Below, piece after piece: positions 25,719 to 34,980 of a stretch of DNA of 64,000 nucleotides. The translations under genes were made by a program, and so were the position numbers. Origin of the DNA: an uncultured candidate division WWE3 bacterium. Its GTDB lineage: Bacteria; Patescibacteriota; WWE3; UBA101185; UBA10185. The notes beneath the pieces are model-generated. The model was given only the letters and a program-made list of their open reading frames with translations, was not told the origin of the DNA and did not search any database. The stretch covers positions 96,762 to 160,761 of the forward strand of contig CAIRNR010000004.1 in the NCBI GenBank assembly GCA_903879985.1, written 5' to 3'. Each line of letters starts with the position of its first letter. Position 1 is the stretch's first letter.

Positions 25719-28409
25719 GTTATACCAGCCGTTAGGATATAAATCCAAAGAAAATGGATTGCCATAGTCACCTGACTTACAATGATTGATTGGTTTTATC
25801 ATAATTTTCTGCCAGCTTTGTACATTTGGCAAAAAAATATGGCCGTCATTAGCTGTGTCTGAAATTTTCCATGGATAGTTTCCTGTGCCGTCGTCTATTT
25901 TTATATCCATTTTATCTGCACCAAATTGAACCCAAGTTAAATTCATTCCTTGTATCCCGTTATTAGTAGCCGATGTAGCAGATATCCATGTGGTTGCTTC
26001 AGGTTTTTTCCATAAACATCTAGTATCTTTCTTAAATGTTATTGAATTTTGAGACTGAATGTTTGAATCATCTGGAGCTATTTCAATTGTATAAATGATT
26101 CCGCGGTTAGTTTCGCCTCCTTGACTGGTCATACCATATAATTTGTTGTTATAAAATTTTACAGATCCGTAAGGAAAAGCGCCTTCCACAGTACTACGCA
26201 CAAAATCATGTAATAGTTTAAAGTTTGTTCCATCAGTTTTGATCGAATAGATTACTCCAGCAGAACTACTACCTCCAAATACCGTAGTCCCATATATTGT
26301 ATCGCCCTCAATATAGAGTGGTCCAAACCAAGGAGTATTTCCATTATTAAGATCAGATGAAAAATCATGCAAATCCTTAAAGTTATTTCCATCAGTATCT
26401 ACAGAATATAGCGAACCTCCGGCTAACGCACCATCGTTAGAAGTAGTGCCATAAAGAGTATTACCTACAATTGCTAAAGCAGCTTGGGGACCGGTACCAT
26501 AACTAATGTTATTAAAATCGTGCACTATTTCAAAATCAGTTCCATCAGGATTTATAGAATATACTACACCTAAGCCTAATTCTCCGCCTCTTGCCGCAAC
26601 CCCAAATAATTTTCCTTGATACTCAACCAAACCACCAACCGGGTTATATCCATCTGCAGCATTATTATTTGCAAATGAATAAACTACCTCAAAGTTCAAT
26701 CCATTGGGATCAAAACGATACAATGTACCAACATCGTTAGCACCGCCAGAATAAGTAGTTCCATATAATTTATTGCTATAAAAAATTATGCTACCAAAAG
26801 GTTGTGCGCCATCTCCGACAAACGCACTAAATGAATGCAGAACTGCAAAGTTATTTCCGTCAATATCAACAGAAAAAATCGTACCATAAGGATTCACGCC
26901 ATCCATGTTATTTACACCATATATTTTCCCATTGTAAATTAGTGGATTTCCTTGTGGCATATCACCTTCACTAGCATCTATCATACTGTGAATCGCGCTT
27001 ACATGATTATTTGAAGGATCAAATGAAAATATTGCTCCCACATAATTAGTGCCGCCATATTCTGAAAAACCATATAAAATTCCACCTGATTCAGTAAGGG
27101 TACTTGTAGGATTAAAGCCATACTGAGACTCATCAGTAGCAAATGAATGAACCACGTTGTAGGTATAAGGGTAAGTTGTTACATTCACAGTATTTCCCGC
27201 TGAAACATCTTGATCTGTTAAAACATCGACTTGAACTCTATAGTTAACGCCGTTTATAAATGTTTCGACTACATGACAAGAAAATGTATAAGGATCAGAC
27301 CCTTCAAAAGTACATGAACCCATATTTGGTAAAACGTAATAAGAACTTGTATCCAAGTTATAAACAGAATATTTTACAGAGGTTACGTTACCTGCATTGT
27401 TATATCCGCTAATTGTTCCAACAATAGTGGGGTGTGTTTCTTGTGAAAGATCTGAATTGTGAACATTACTAACATCTATGTATGGTTGACCGGAATTTGT
27501 TCCATAATATCTTGCTACAAAATCAAGTTGATTGCCTTTTAATTCAGCTTTTGGAATTTTTACCTCGCAGGTTTGGTGTTTATAGCTAACTTTACTAGTA
27601 ATTCCAAAGGCGCATTTTCCATACGTATCAGTGTAGTCATCAATTCTATATTCTTTTTGTAATTCTGCTGTAGCCGGGTTTTGTGCAATAACTTTTAGCC
27701 AGTCAGAACCGTATTCGTTTGTATTATCACCTGTAATATCAAAGGCCATGTAAACATAATCAGAATCGTCTTTCATGTAAATATAAGTTTTAGCCGATGG
27801 ATGCCCTGTGGTTGAATAAAACATTGGTGAATAGTCGGCATCAACTTTTCCGTCAACCTCCGTAAGTAGTCCATCAACATTTAGCGATCCGTTATTTTTA
27901 AATGTGTACGATTGATAAGGTGTTCCCCAATCAGGAAATCTAAACGCATTTATTTCATACGATTCATATTGGTTTGCCTTTAGTGTTAAAACTGATTTAC
28001 CTTTACAAACACTCGGGATATTCCAAAGTAGTTCCACCGGCATATCATGATTAATAATAACGTTTTGGTCATCGGCACTGATATCGGCTAAAACGCTTTC
28101 GCCTGATTGTACATATTTTGCATACTCAGGTGTGATTGTTTTACCGCAAGCATCCAATTTTATTAAATCTATATCAGCGTAAGTTGTGTTCTCTTGGACA
28201 ATTTGAATTTTAACTTGTCCGTTTTTTGGTGTTACAACAAAGGTTTTTGTTTGATACGTGATTGTAAAAGGCTCCTTATAAATATCTGTCCATTTGCCGT
28301 CGGTTTCTTGTGAAATATTAAAAGTACCTTGTGCTGCTTTGACAGCGGGAAAAGAAAACAAAGCCATGATAAAAACTAATGCCAATGAAGCTCTCAGATA
28401 TTTAAGCAT
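25701..28409 (-). CDS. large secreted beta-propeller repeat (GloVer/TIGR03803-like) protein with the shared C-terminal domain
   Basis: Signal peptide (..FPAVKA/AQG). Seven ~45-aa repeats of xLYG(T/V)Txx(G)Gxxx(G)x(I/V)(Y/F)S(I/V)xxDGxNFxxLH(D/S)F. C-terminal ITFKKDTRCLWKKP..W..KIDDGTGNYPW..INHCKSG..GWYN domain. Confidence 0.6.
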   Translation of the reverse strand: MLKYLRASLALVFIMALFSFPAVKAAQGTFNISQETDGKWTDIYKEPFTITYQTKTFVVTPKNGQVKIQIVQENTTYADIDLIKLDACGKTITPEYAKYVQSGESVLADISADDQNVIINHDMPVELLWNIPSVCKGKSVLTLKANQYESYEINAFRFPDWGTPYQSYTFKNNGSLNVDGLLTEVDGKVDADYSPMFYSTTGHPSAKTYIYMKDDSDYVYMAFDITGDNTNEYGSDWLKVIAQNPATAELQKEYRIDDYTDTYGKCAFGITSKVSYKHQTCEVKIPKAELKGNQLDFVARYYGTNSGQPYIDVSNVHNSDLSQETHPTIVGTISGYNNAGNVTSVKYSVYNLDTSSYYVLPNMGSCTFEGSDPYTFSCHVVETFINGVNYRVQVDVLTDQDVSAGNTVNVTTYPYTYNVVHSFATDESQYGFNPTSTLTESGGILYGFSEYGGTNYVGAIFSFDPSNNHVSAIHSMIDASEGDMPQGNPLIYNGKIYGVNNMDGVNPYGTIFSVDIDGNNFAVLHSFSAFVGDGAQPFGSIIFYSNKLYGTTYSGGANDVGTLYRFDPNGLNFEVVYSFANNNAADGYNPVGGLVEYQGKLFGVAARGGELGLGVVYSINPDGTDFEIVHDFNNISYGTGPQAALAIVGNTLYGTTSNDGALAGGSLYSVDTDGNNFKDLHDFSSDLNNGNTPWFGPLYIEGDTIYGTTVFGGSSSAGVIYSIKTDGTNFKLLHDFVRSTVEGAFPYGSVKFYNNKLYGMTSQGGETNRGIIYTIEIAPDDSNIQSQNSITFKKDTRCLWKKPEATTWISATSATNNGIQGMNLTWVQFGADKMDIKIDDGTGNYPWKISDTANDGHIFLPNVQSWQKIMIKPINHCKSGDYGNPFSLDLYPNGWYNLDLSN

Positions 28410-28452
28410 TAAGTAAATGATAGTTAATATGTGCGTATGTGTAAATGAAGAT

Positions 28453-29859
28453 TTATCGCTTTAGCTCAAGCTCACTAATCTTCTTAATAGAATCAACAAA
28501 TTCGCCTAAGTGACTTACTAAAATCACAGGACCTGCAAAGTTGTTTATGGTTTTAGCAATAACAGGGATATGTCTAAAGTTAATATGGTTAGTTGGCTCA
28601 TCTAAAATCAATAACCCTGGTTGTTGCAAAACAAATCGCGCGTAACAAAGTAATCCTTTTTGACCTTCGGATAATGTACCAATTTTGTTATTTAACATTG
28701 CGCCGTTTAATAAAAAAGCTGCAGCCGTGGCGTAAATTTTCTGACCTATTTTTTCTTGGGCTACAGAATACAACGAATCATAGCAGGTTTGATCAAAATC
28801 TAACTCTGAAAAATCCTGACTGTAATACCCTACTCTTATTTTTGGATTGATATCTGCAGCATCTCCGGTTAGCATCGCTTTTAACAAGGTGCTTTTTCCA
28901 ATTCCGTTTGGGCCTTTTATTAAAAGTCGTTCACCCTTAATAAGTTCACGTTCGATTGGGCGTTTGATTTTTATAACGTATCCTACAAATTCCTGAGATG
29001 GAATTGTAAAATCAGGAATAGTCTTATCTTCTTGGCGCATAACCACTAGTTCTTCACGGTCTTCGGCAATGTCTTCTCTAATTCTTCGAGCAAGGTGACT
29101 CATGGCAATACTTTTTCCACCAAGCCTGTTAACTTTTTCAAATCGTTCTTTAATACTTCGCTCAAGACGTGAGTTTAAAAATTGGTCCCTTTCTAGCTTT
29201 GCGGCAATTTCTTCCAAAACGTCAAAATAGTTACCGTCAAATTGTTCAACCTTTTTGGTATGACTATCAAGATTTAAAACACCCTCAGTAAAACTGTTTA
29301 AAAAGTCCGCGTCGTGCGAAATAACAATACAAGTTTTTTGATAGTTCATTAAAAAGTTTGTGATGTGCTCAATACCGTCTTTATCCAAGTTGTTTGTAGG
29401 TTCATCTAGTAGCAAAATGTCGGGTTTTGAAAAAATAGCGTACGCAAGCAAAAGTCGAGCTTTTTCGCCGCCAGAAAAGTGTCGCACCTTTTTGTCCATT
29501 GGCGCGTTAAAATTTACTGCGTTTAATACCTTAACAATTTCGCCTTCAATTCCAGCTTGTATGTCGGTAACTGCTGTTTTAAAAAAATCTACAACGCTGA
29601 GGTCAAGTCTTTCCTCAGGGATCATTTGTTCAGCAATTCCTACTGTAGCCGAGTCAGAAATGCTTATTTTGCCACTTGTAGGTTTAAGTTTGCCTAATAA
29701 CAACTTAAAAATTGTGCTTTTTCCTGCACCATTCTGCCCAATAATGGTTACAATCGAGTTTTTACGTACAGTTAAACTAGCCTCGTCTAAAAGAAGCTTT
29801 GTTTCGGAATATCCGAAGGAAACCTGATTAAATCTGATTATTACGTTATCTTCGTTCAT
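28453..29859 (-). CDS. ABC-F family ATPase (tandem ABC domains, no TM domain)
   Basis: Two Walker A (GQNGAGKST, GPNGIGKST), two signature motifs (LSGGEK, LSEGQK) and a linker between them. Confidence 0.8.
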   Translation of the reverse strand: MNEDNVIIRFNQVSFGYSETKLLLDEASLTVRKNSIVTIIGQNGAGKSTIFKLLLGKLKPTSGKISISDSATVGIAEQMIPEERLDLSVVDFFKTAVTDIQAGIEGEIVKVLNAVNFNAPMDKKVRHFSGGEKARLLLAYAIFSKPDILLLDEPTNNLDKDGIEHITNFLMNYQKTCIVISHDADFLNSFTEGVLNLDSHTKKVEQFDGNYFDVLEEIAAKLERDQFLNSRLERSIKERFEKVNRLGGKSIAMSHLARRIREDIAEDREELVVMRQEDKTIPDFTIPSQEFVGYVIKIKRPIERELIKGERLLIKGPNGIGKSTLLKAMLTGDAADINPKIRVGYYSQDFSELDFDQTCYDSLYSVAQEKIGQKIYATAAAFLLNGAMLNNKIGTLSEGQKGLLCYARFVLQQPGLLILDEPTNHINFRHIPVIAKTINNFAGPVILVSHLGEFVDSIKKISELELKR

Positions 29860-29947
29860 AGCAAGTAGCTATTGTACCAAATCTATGGGTTATTGGATAT
29901 TAAAAAGCGATAAATTAGGTTAAAGGTTTCGTATAAGCTTAGTTGCC

Positions 29948-30454
29948 TTATTCAGTGTAACGCAACAAAAAATCCGAATATTCCCTTAACTTAGAAGAAA
30001 GTACACTCTTATCTTGAGTTTTTAAGTAATCAAACAACATGGAGTATGTATCGTCTCTGTCTTTTTTAAGCGCCAACCATTCTTTTCTAAATTCAGGATC
30101 CTCATGCATATAGTTGCGAGCTAAAACGGTCATTTCGTTATCGTGATCGAATGAATCATACACACCATCAATCTCCCTGTTCAAAAATTCTGCCAAGAAG
30201 ATTACTTCACCTATTTCAGGAACTGAGGGATTCTGAGTTTCCTTAAGTTTAGTAATTTTTATTTCTAATCTTTCCAATAACGTGTGAAGATAGCCTTTAC
30301 TATCTACAATTCTAGATTTAACTAATTCAAGAGTTTTACCTTGAAGGTCTTCTTTAGAATAATTTTGCGTAGTTAAATCGTAAGCTTTTTTTTGGAATTC
30401 ATTTAATGTATTTTGCATGACTAAATAGTACGCGTTGCAGTTTCGCTGGTCCAT
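29948..30454 (-). CDS. hypothetical protein
   Basis: ORF with no recognised motif. Confidence 0.4.
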   Translation of the reverse strand: MDQRNCNAYYLVMQNTLNEFQKKAYDLTTQNYSKEDLQGKTLELVKSRIVDSKGYLHTLLERLEIKITKLKETQNPSVPEIGEVIFLAEFLNREIDGVYDSFDHDNEMTVLARNYMHEDPEFRKEWLALKKDRDDTYSMLFDYLKTQDKSVLSSKLREYSDFLLRYTE

Positions 30455-30504
30455 AATTAATTTGATGGCCTATTAACGATCTAATGAGAATTTCGGGTAG
30501 TACT

Positions 30505-30870
30505 TCATCTTATAATCTGATGCTCAAACCATTGTTCTTGGAAATGAGTTGCTTTTTCTATTTCAGCGTCTGTAAGCTCAATGTTTTCTGGGACAACTAC
30601 CAGTTTGTCGTCATCATCTTTAAGTCTATGCACTATAGCTATAACTTTTCCTTTGGCCGTTTCTACGGGTTCATTAATACCTAGGAAATATGCGTCCAAA
30701 TCTTCCCCATCAGGTGCTTTAACGTCCTTTATATATCCATAATTTGCTTCATATTTGAACCCATGCTTTGGATGTAATGAACCCAATTGGCGGTCTATTG
30801 TAAGTTCAACCTCTTTACCTAGATATACCTCGGCTAATTTTAGGGATTCAGATTTTTGGATTTCATTCAT
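30505..30870 (-). CDS. inorganic pyrophosphatase-like protein (family I, N-terminally short)
   Basis: ANYGYIKDVKAPDGEDLDAYFLG matches the NYGxIPxTxxxDGDPLDxL core, and DDKLVVV matches the DxK motif. At only 121 aa it lacks the usual N-terminal strands. Confidence 0.45.
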   Translation of the reverse strand: MNEIQKSESLKLAEVYLGKEVELTIDRQLGSLHPKHGFKYEANYGYIKDVKAPDGEDLDAYFLGINEPVETAKGKVIAIVHRLKDDDDKLVVVPENIELTDAEIEKATHFQEQWFEHQIIR

Positions 30871-30946
30871 AGTTGTATCTTATCAGAAAAGAGTCACTCC
30901 TACTTTGTTTAAGTGAAGAAATGTTGGTTTGTCATTGTTAAAACTA

Positions 30947-31032
30947 TGGTGGGCGAGACAGGACTTGAACCTGCACGGGTTTTACCCCATAACGACCTCA
31001 ACGTTACGCGTATGCCATTCCGCCACTCGCCC
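30947..31032 (-). tRNA. tRNA-Leu (anticodon GAG)
   Basis: Type II tRNA: 3-bp D-stem, anticodon stem TAACG/CGTTA with loop TTGAGGT, long variable arm, T-loop TTCAAGT, CCA. Confidence 0.8.
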
Positions 31033-31094
31033 ACGAACACTAGCGATTATATACAAAATTAGGCTAAATGACGAGCCTAAGTTTAACTTTAGTT

Positions 31095-31180
31095 TGGTGC
31101 CAGAGGTGGGACTTGAACCCACATATCCTTGCGGATACAGCCTTCTGAAGACTGCGTGTCTGCCATTTCACCACTCTGGC
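31095..31180 (-). tRNA. tRNA-Leu (anticodon CAG)
   Basis: GCCAGAGTGGTGAAATGGCAGACACGCAGTCTTCAGAAGGCTG..GTGGGTTCAAGTCCCACCTCTGGCACCA. Type II with a long variable arm. Confidence 0.8.
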
Positions 31181-31194
31181 GCGAGTATTCGAGT

Positions 31195-31225
31195 GCCAGT
31201 GCGCGGACAAGGTCGCAACGCTGGC
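31195..31225. other. conserved hairpin motif upstream of the tRNA-Leu operon
   Basis: GCCAG-TGCGCGGACAAGGTCGCAAC-GCTGGC. Second copy of the motif at 18866..18895: the core is conserved and the outer stem co-varies. Confidence 0.4.
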
Positions 31226-31281
31226 TAAAAACTTAGGCTGACCATAAAAAAATCTTAAGATCAGCCCTTACCAAAATAATG

Positions 31282-31431
31282 TCATCGTCTCCCCGTTTTT
31301 TTACCTCGAGTATTTCCACTTCTGATTACTGCCGAATGTTCTATCTTTGAATTTCTGTAAACCAATTTCTGACGAACGCCTATGGTTTTACTTGCAGCAG
31401 CTTGATCACATTGTGGCAATTTAGTCGACAT
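31282..31431 (-). CDS. possible small basic protein (49 aa) missing from the ORF track
   Basis: ATG at 31431 is preceded by AAAGGAGAG at the ideal spacing. Product MSTKLPQCDQAAASKTIGVRQKLVYRNSKIEHSAVIRSGNTRGKKTGRR. No family recognised. Confidence 0.2.
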   Translation of the reverse strand: MSTKLPQCDQAAASKTIGVRQKLVYRNSKIEHSAVIRSGNTRGKKTGRR

Positions 31432-31459
31432 AAACTCTCCTTTGATAGATTTTCGTACA

Positions 31460-32086
31460 TCATAACATAAGAAGTTCGTTAGGTTTACTGATTATAAAAT
31501 CGGGATTAGATTGCTTTAATACTTGCTCACTATTTAGTCCCCAAGTTACCGAACAAGCGTGAATTCCGGCTTTTCTTGCGGCATCAATGTCGCGAGTTTC
31601 ATCACCAATATATACAGTTTCCAATGGGTTTAGATTATATTTTTTGAGAACACGCCTCAGTACTTTGTCTTTACCAAAAACATGAATTGAGCTGTCTACA
31701 AAGTCAAAGATTGGCATATTATTCTTTTCCAAAAACTTTTTCACAGGCTTTTTTCGACTGGATGTAACTATTCCAATAACACATTCAGCGCTTTTTAGGT
31801 ATTCTAAAGTTTCTTTCATATCAAAAACAGCTTCTGAATTTGGAATTTCTTTGCTTAAACCGTTTAAGAACAAAAACGTAAAATAGAATAGTTGAATTTT
31901 TGAAAGGTGTAATTGCGCGTAAAGATCACGCGAACTTAAATTTCTTATTTCCTCGATACTTGGTAAATCACCTTTTATAATTTTGTAGCGAGAATTAATA
32001 TCTTTCGCAACTGCCAACGACGTATACAACGTATTAGCAATAGTGCCGTCAAAATCAAAAATATAGTTTTTAAATCTTAAATCCAC
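31460..32086 (-). CDS. HAD-superfamily phosphatase
   Basis: Motif I FDFDGTI (DxDGT) and motif IV IGDETRDIDAARKAG. Confidence 0.6.
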   Translation of the reverse strand: MDLRFKNYIFDFDGTIANTLYTSLAVAKDINSRYKIIKGDLPSIEEIRNLSSRDLYAQLHLSKIQLFYFTFLFLNGLSKEIPNSEAVFDMKETLEYLKSAECVIGIVTSSRKKPVKKFLEKNNMPIFDFVDSSIHVFGKDKVLRRVLKKYNLNPLETVYIGDETRDIDAARKAGIHACSVTWGLNSEQVLKQSNPDFIISKPNELLML

Positions 32087-32090
32087 AAGT

Positions 32091-32861
32091 TTAGTCTACA
32101 ACTTTTATGTCGACAGTTGTAATCTTTACAGGACTCACGGGTTTGGATTTTTCACCTTGAGGTTGATATGTAACTTCTGCTGTAGCGATTTTATCAACGG
32201 CATCCATACCTTTTGTTACTTTTCCAAAAATAACGTAGTTTTTGGGAAGAGCTGCATCTTTATGCATGATGAAAAACTGACTTCCGTTGGTATTTGCTCC
32301 TGCATTTGCCATAGCAACTGTACCTCTGGTGTATTCTCCATCAATAACTTCATCGTCAAATCTATAACCTGGACCACCTGAACCGGTACCTGTTGGGTCA
32401 CCGCCTTGGATCATAAATCCTGAGATAACTCTGTGAAATATTGTGTTGTCGTAGAATTTAACATTAGCTAAAGCTATAAAATTATTTACAGTATATGGAG
32501 TTTTACTGGCATTAAATTGAATTGTTATATCACCTGCGGTTGTATGCAAAACTGCAGAGTAAGTTTTTGTCTTATCTATTGTGAGTGGTGGCATAGTTTT
32601 TCCCATTGGATTAAATGGTATAACTTGAGCGGTACTTGGGCCTGAGGTAGAACTGGAATCTGGACTAGAAGTTGGCTGAATATCTGTTGGTGTTGGCATT
32701 TTTTGATCTCCTTGAGAAGTTAAATTAAGTAAATTATCTTGAGATGCGCTAGTTTGCTCCACTGAATTGGTTTCTTTTGGAGTAGTGCTCGCATTGTAAA
32801 TTAAGATTCCGCTTATGAGTAAAACTATTACGGTAAGAAATACTGCATGTTTCGTATTCAT
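32091..32861 (-). CDS. cyclophilin-type peptidyl-prolyl cis-trans isomerase, membrane-anchored/secreted
   Basis: FHRVISGFMIQGGDP, GTVAMANAG and NGSQFFI cyclophilin signatures. N-terminal TM and a Ser/Thr/Pro-rich linker. Confidence 0.85.
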   Translation of the reverse strand: MNTKHAVFLTVIVLLISGILIYNASTTPKETNSVEQTSASQDNLLNLTSQGDQKMPTPTDIQPTSSPDSSSTSGPSTAQVIPFNPMGKTMPPLTIDKTKTYSAVLHTTAGDITIQFNASKTPYTVNNFIALANVKFYDNTIFHRVISGFMIQGGDPTGTGSGGPGYRFDDEVIDGEYTRGTVAMANAGANTNGSQFFIMHKDAALPKNYVIFGKVTKGMDAVDKIATAEVTYQPQGEKSKPVSPVKITTVDIKVVD

Positions 32862-33004
32862 AAGTAACTATTTTAGCACAAGAAATTAGTAAAAATAAAC
32901 GGGTGGGTTTGTAGCAATTCTGCGATATTTGACCTATAGCTGTAGTTGGTTTAAAATCGCTCCAATAGTTCAACCCAATTAAAAATGAAAGTGGAGGAGT
33001 TAAG

Positions 33005-33202
33005 ATGGCAACTTTAGGTGGAAAAGAATATAAGTGTAAGGACTGCGGGCAGATATCGTATGAGCAAAAATTGAAATCACAGAGAATTTGGAAAAAATCT
33101 CAGGTACTTGCCTGCTTATTTTGTGGCAGTAAAAATCTGAAACTCCAGGAAGTCACTAATGACTGGTGCCATTCTATAAAATGTATGATCGGCGGAAATT
33201 AA
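33005..33202 (+). CDS. small zinc-ribbon protein
   Basis: CKDCGQ..CLFCGS, i.e. two CxxC pairs, in 65 aa. Confidence 0.35.
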   Translation: MATLGGKEYKCKDCGQISYEQKLKSQRIWKKSQVLACLFCGSKNLKLQEVTNDWCHSIKCMIGGN

Positions 33203-33238
33203 ATAACCAGCAACAATATACAATTAAGGAGATATGCA

Positions 33239-33646
33239 ATGCTAGGAAAGGTCAGAAAGGGGTTTTTGTATGTTAAAATCCCCGGTTTCATATTAAACCG
33301 AAACCTAAAACATACGGCAACGTTATTTTTTGCACCATACGAAGATTTAAATGAAAAATCAAAAGGCACAATAATAACGATTGCGCTAATAAAGGATCAT
33401 GAGTGCACGAGATTCATTAATAGGTGGGATGTTGCACCTGGCTACGGACTTTTCAAAGGTAATGGAATGATCCGCAGAGCCACTGATGCGGACATTCAGG
33501 ATTTTTTGGAGGCACCAACAAAGGCGGCTTCTGTTTCTAATACGACCTGGGCAGAAAATGTGTCACGGTTAGTCGAGTTAGAAGCTGGAGAAAAGGAACG
33601 TGTAAAAAAAGTTGCTAGTGCCGTAAAGTTTGGGGTCGTGGTTTGA
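33239..33646 (+). CDS. hypothetical protein
   Basis: ORF with no recognised motif. Confidence 0.4.
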   Translation: MLGKVRKGFLYVKIPGFILNRNLKHTATLFFAPYEDLNEKSKGTIITIALIKDHECTRFINRWDVAPGYGLFKGNGMIRRATDADIQDFLEAPTKAASVSNTTWAENVSRLVELEAGEKERVKKVASAVKFGVVV

Positions 33647-33714
33647 AGTTTTTTAAGTTTAGAGCTCTCGTATTTTGCTAAAAGTTATATGCAAATACGG
33701 GAGCTTTATTTTCA

Positions 33715-33789
33715 TGGTGAGGACGGAGGGATTCGGACCCTCGACAAATCGGTTAAGAGCCGATTGCTCTACCACTGAGCTACGTCCCC
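33715..33789 (-). tRNA. tRNA-Lys (anticodon CUU)
   Basis: GGGGACGTAGCTCAGTGGTAGAGCAATCGGCTCTTAACCGAT..GAGGGTCCGAATCCCTCCGTCCTCACCA. Confidence 0.85.
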
Positions 33790-33842
33790 AATCGAAACAT
33801 TATAATACCAAAATTGCGTAAAATGAAGTAAAATGGCGTCCA

Positions 33843-34895
33843 ATGGCAAACCAGATCAACTTTTTACAACCAAAAACCCGCGAAGCTAAGATCGAAGAGA
33901 TACTTAATCGCTACAATCAGCCGGAATACCGCCTTAAACAGGTGTTCGAAGCTATTTACAAAAAACACGTTAAAACCTACGACGAAATAACAACTCTTTC
34001 AAAGGAACTACGCGAAGATTTTAAAAACGAGCTTGGAGATATACTAACACTAAAACCGATCGCCATCACTACCGACGAATTTACCGAAAAAGTACTATTT
34101 GAAACTATCGACGGAAGCAAAATTGAGGCCGTAAAAATCAAATATAAAGATCACACCTCATTATGTGTTTCTTCACAAGCTGGTTGCGCATTAGGATGTA
34201 AATTTTGTGCTACAGGAACCTTGGGTTTTAGAAAGAACTTGAGTCCCGACGAAATTTGCGACCAACTTCTCTACTTCATTCAAAAAGGTGAAAAAATAGA
34301 TACGATCGTATTTATGGGTATGGGTGAACCTTTTGCTAACCCACAATTGTTTGACGCACTAGCCATGCTTACAGATCCAGATTATTTTGGATTAGGTCAA
34401 AGAAAAATTAGTGTTTCTACAGTCGGACTTATTCCCGGTATTCAAAGACTCGCAAAGGAATTTCCACAAATAAACTTAGCCTACTCATTACATTCGGCTT
34501 TTCACGAACAAAGAATGGAATTAATGCCAGTTGCCAAAGTTTACCCTGCCGAAGCAGTTTTTATTGAATTAAAAGATTATATTGAACAAACAAATCGAAA
34601 AGTTTTCATTGCTTACTTATTAATCAAAGGCGTTAACGATTCACCTGAACATGCTAAAGCACTGGCAGCTCTAATTAAAAAACAAGGTCCTAAGTCTTAT
34701 CTTTATCATATTAACTTAATTAAATTCCATGAAAGTGATGTTGTTAAAGGAATGAAAAAACCCGATGAAACAGCAGTTGAACGTTTTAGTACCGTTTTAA
34801 TGCATCGCGGAATAGCTTATACACTACGACAAAGTTTTGGTGAAGAAATTGACGCAGCTTGTGGTCAATTGTTTGCAAAGAATAGAAAAAAGTAA
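33843..34895 (+). CDS. rlmN: 23S rRNA m2A2503 methyltransferase RlmN/Cfr-family radical SAM enzyme
   Basis: Radical-SAM CxxxCxxC (SSQAGCALGCKFCATG) together with the RlmN-typical N- and C-terminal regions. Confidence 0.85.
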   Translation: MANQINFLQPKTREAKIEEILNRYNQPEYRLKQVFEAIYKKHVKTYDEITTLSKELREDFKNELGDILTLKPIAITTDEFTEKVLFETIDGSKIEAVKIKYKDHTSLCVSSQAGCALGCKFCATGTLGFRKNLSPDEICDQLLYFIQKGEKIDTIVFMGMGEPFANPQLFDALAMLTDPDYFGLGQRKISVSTVGLIPGIQRLAKEFPQINLAYSLHSAFHEQRMELMPVAKVYPAEAVFIELKDYIEQTNRKVFIAYLLIKGVNDSPEHAKALAALIKKQGPKSYLYHINLIKFHESDVVKGMKKPDETAVERFSTVLMHRGIAYTLRQSFGEEIDAACGQLFAKNRKK

Positions 34896-34980
34896 AAAGG
34901 TGAAAACGCAGGCACATAGTTATTTGTGCGGGATAGAATTTTTTAGGTTCTAGTTTTCACATCTCCCATTTAAAACATAT

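Noticed and set aside
29360-29827. 155-aa plus-strand ORF
   Set aside because: Lies antisense inside the ABC-F ATPase gene.
30929-31228. 99-aa plus-strand ORF
   Set aside because: Overlaps both tRNA-Leu genes antisense, so it is spurious.
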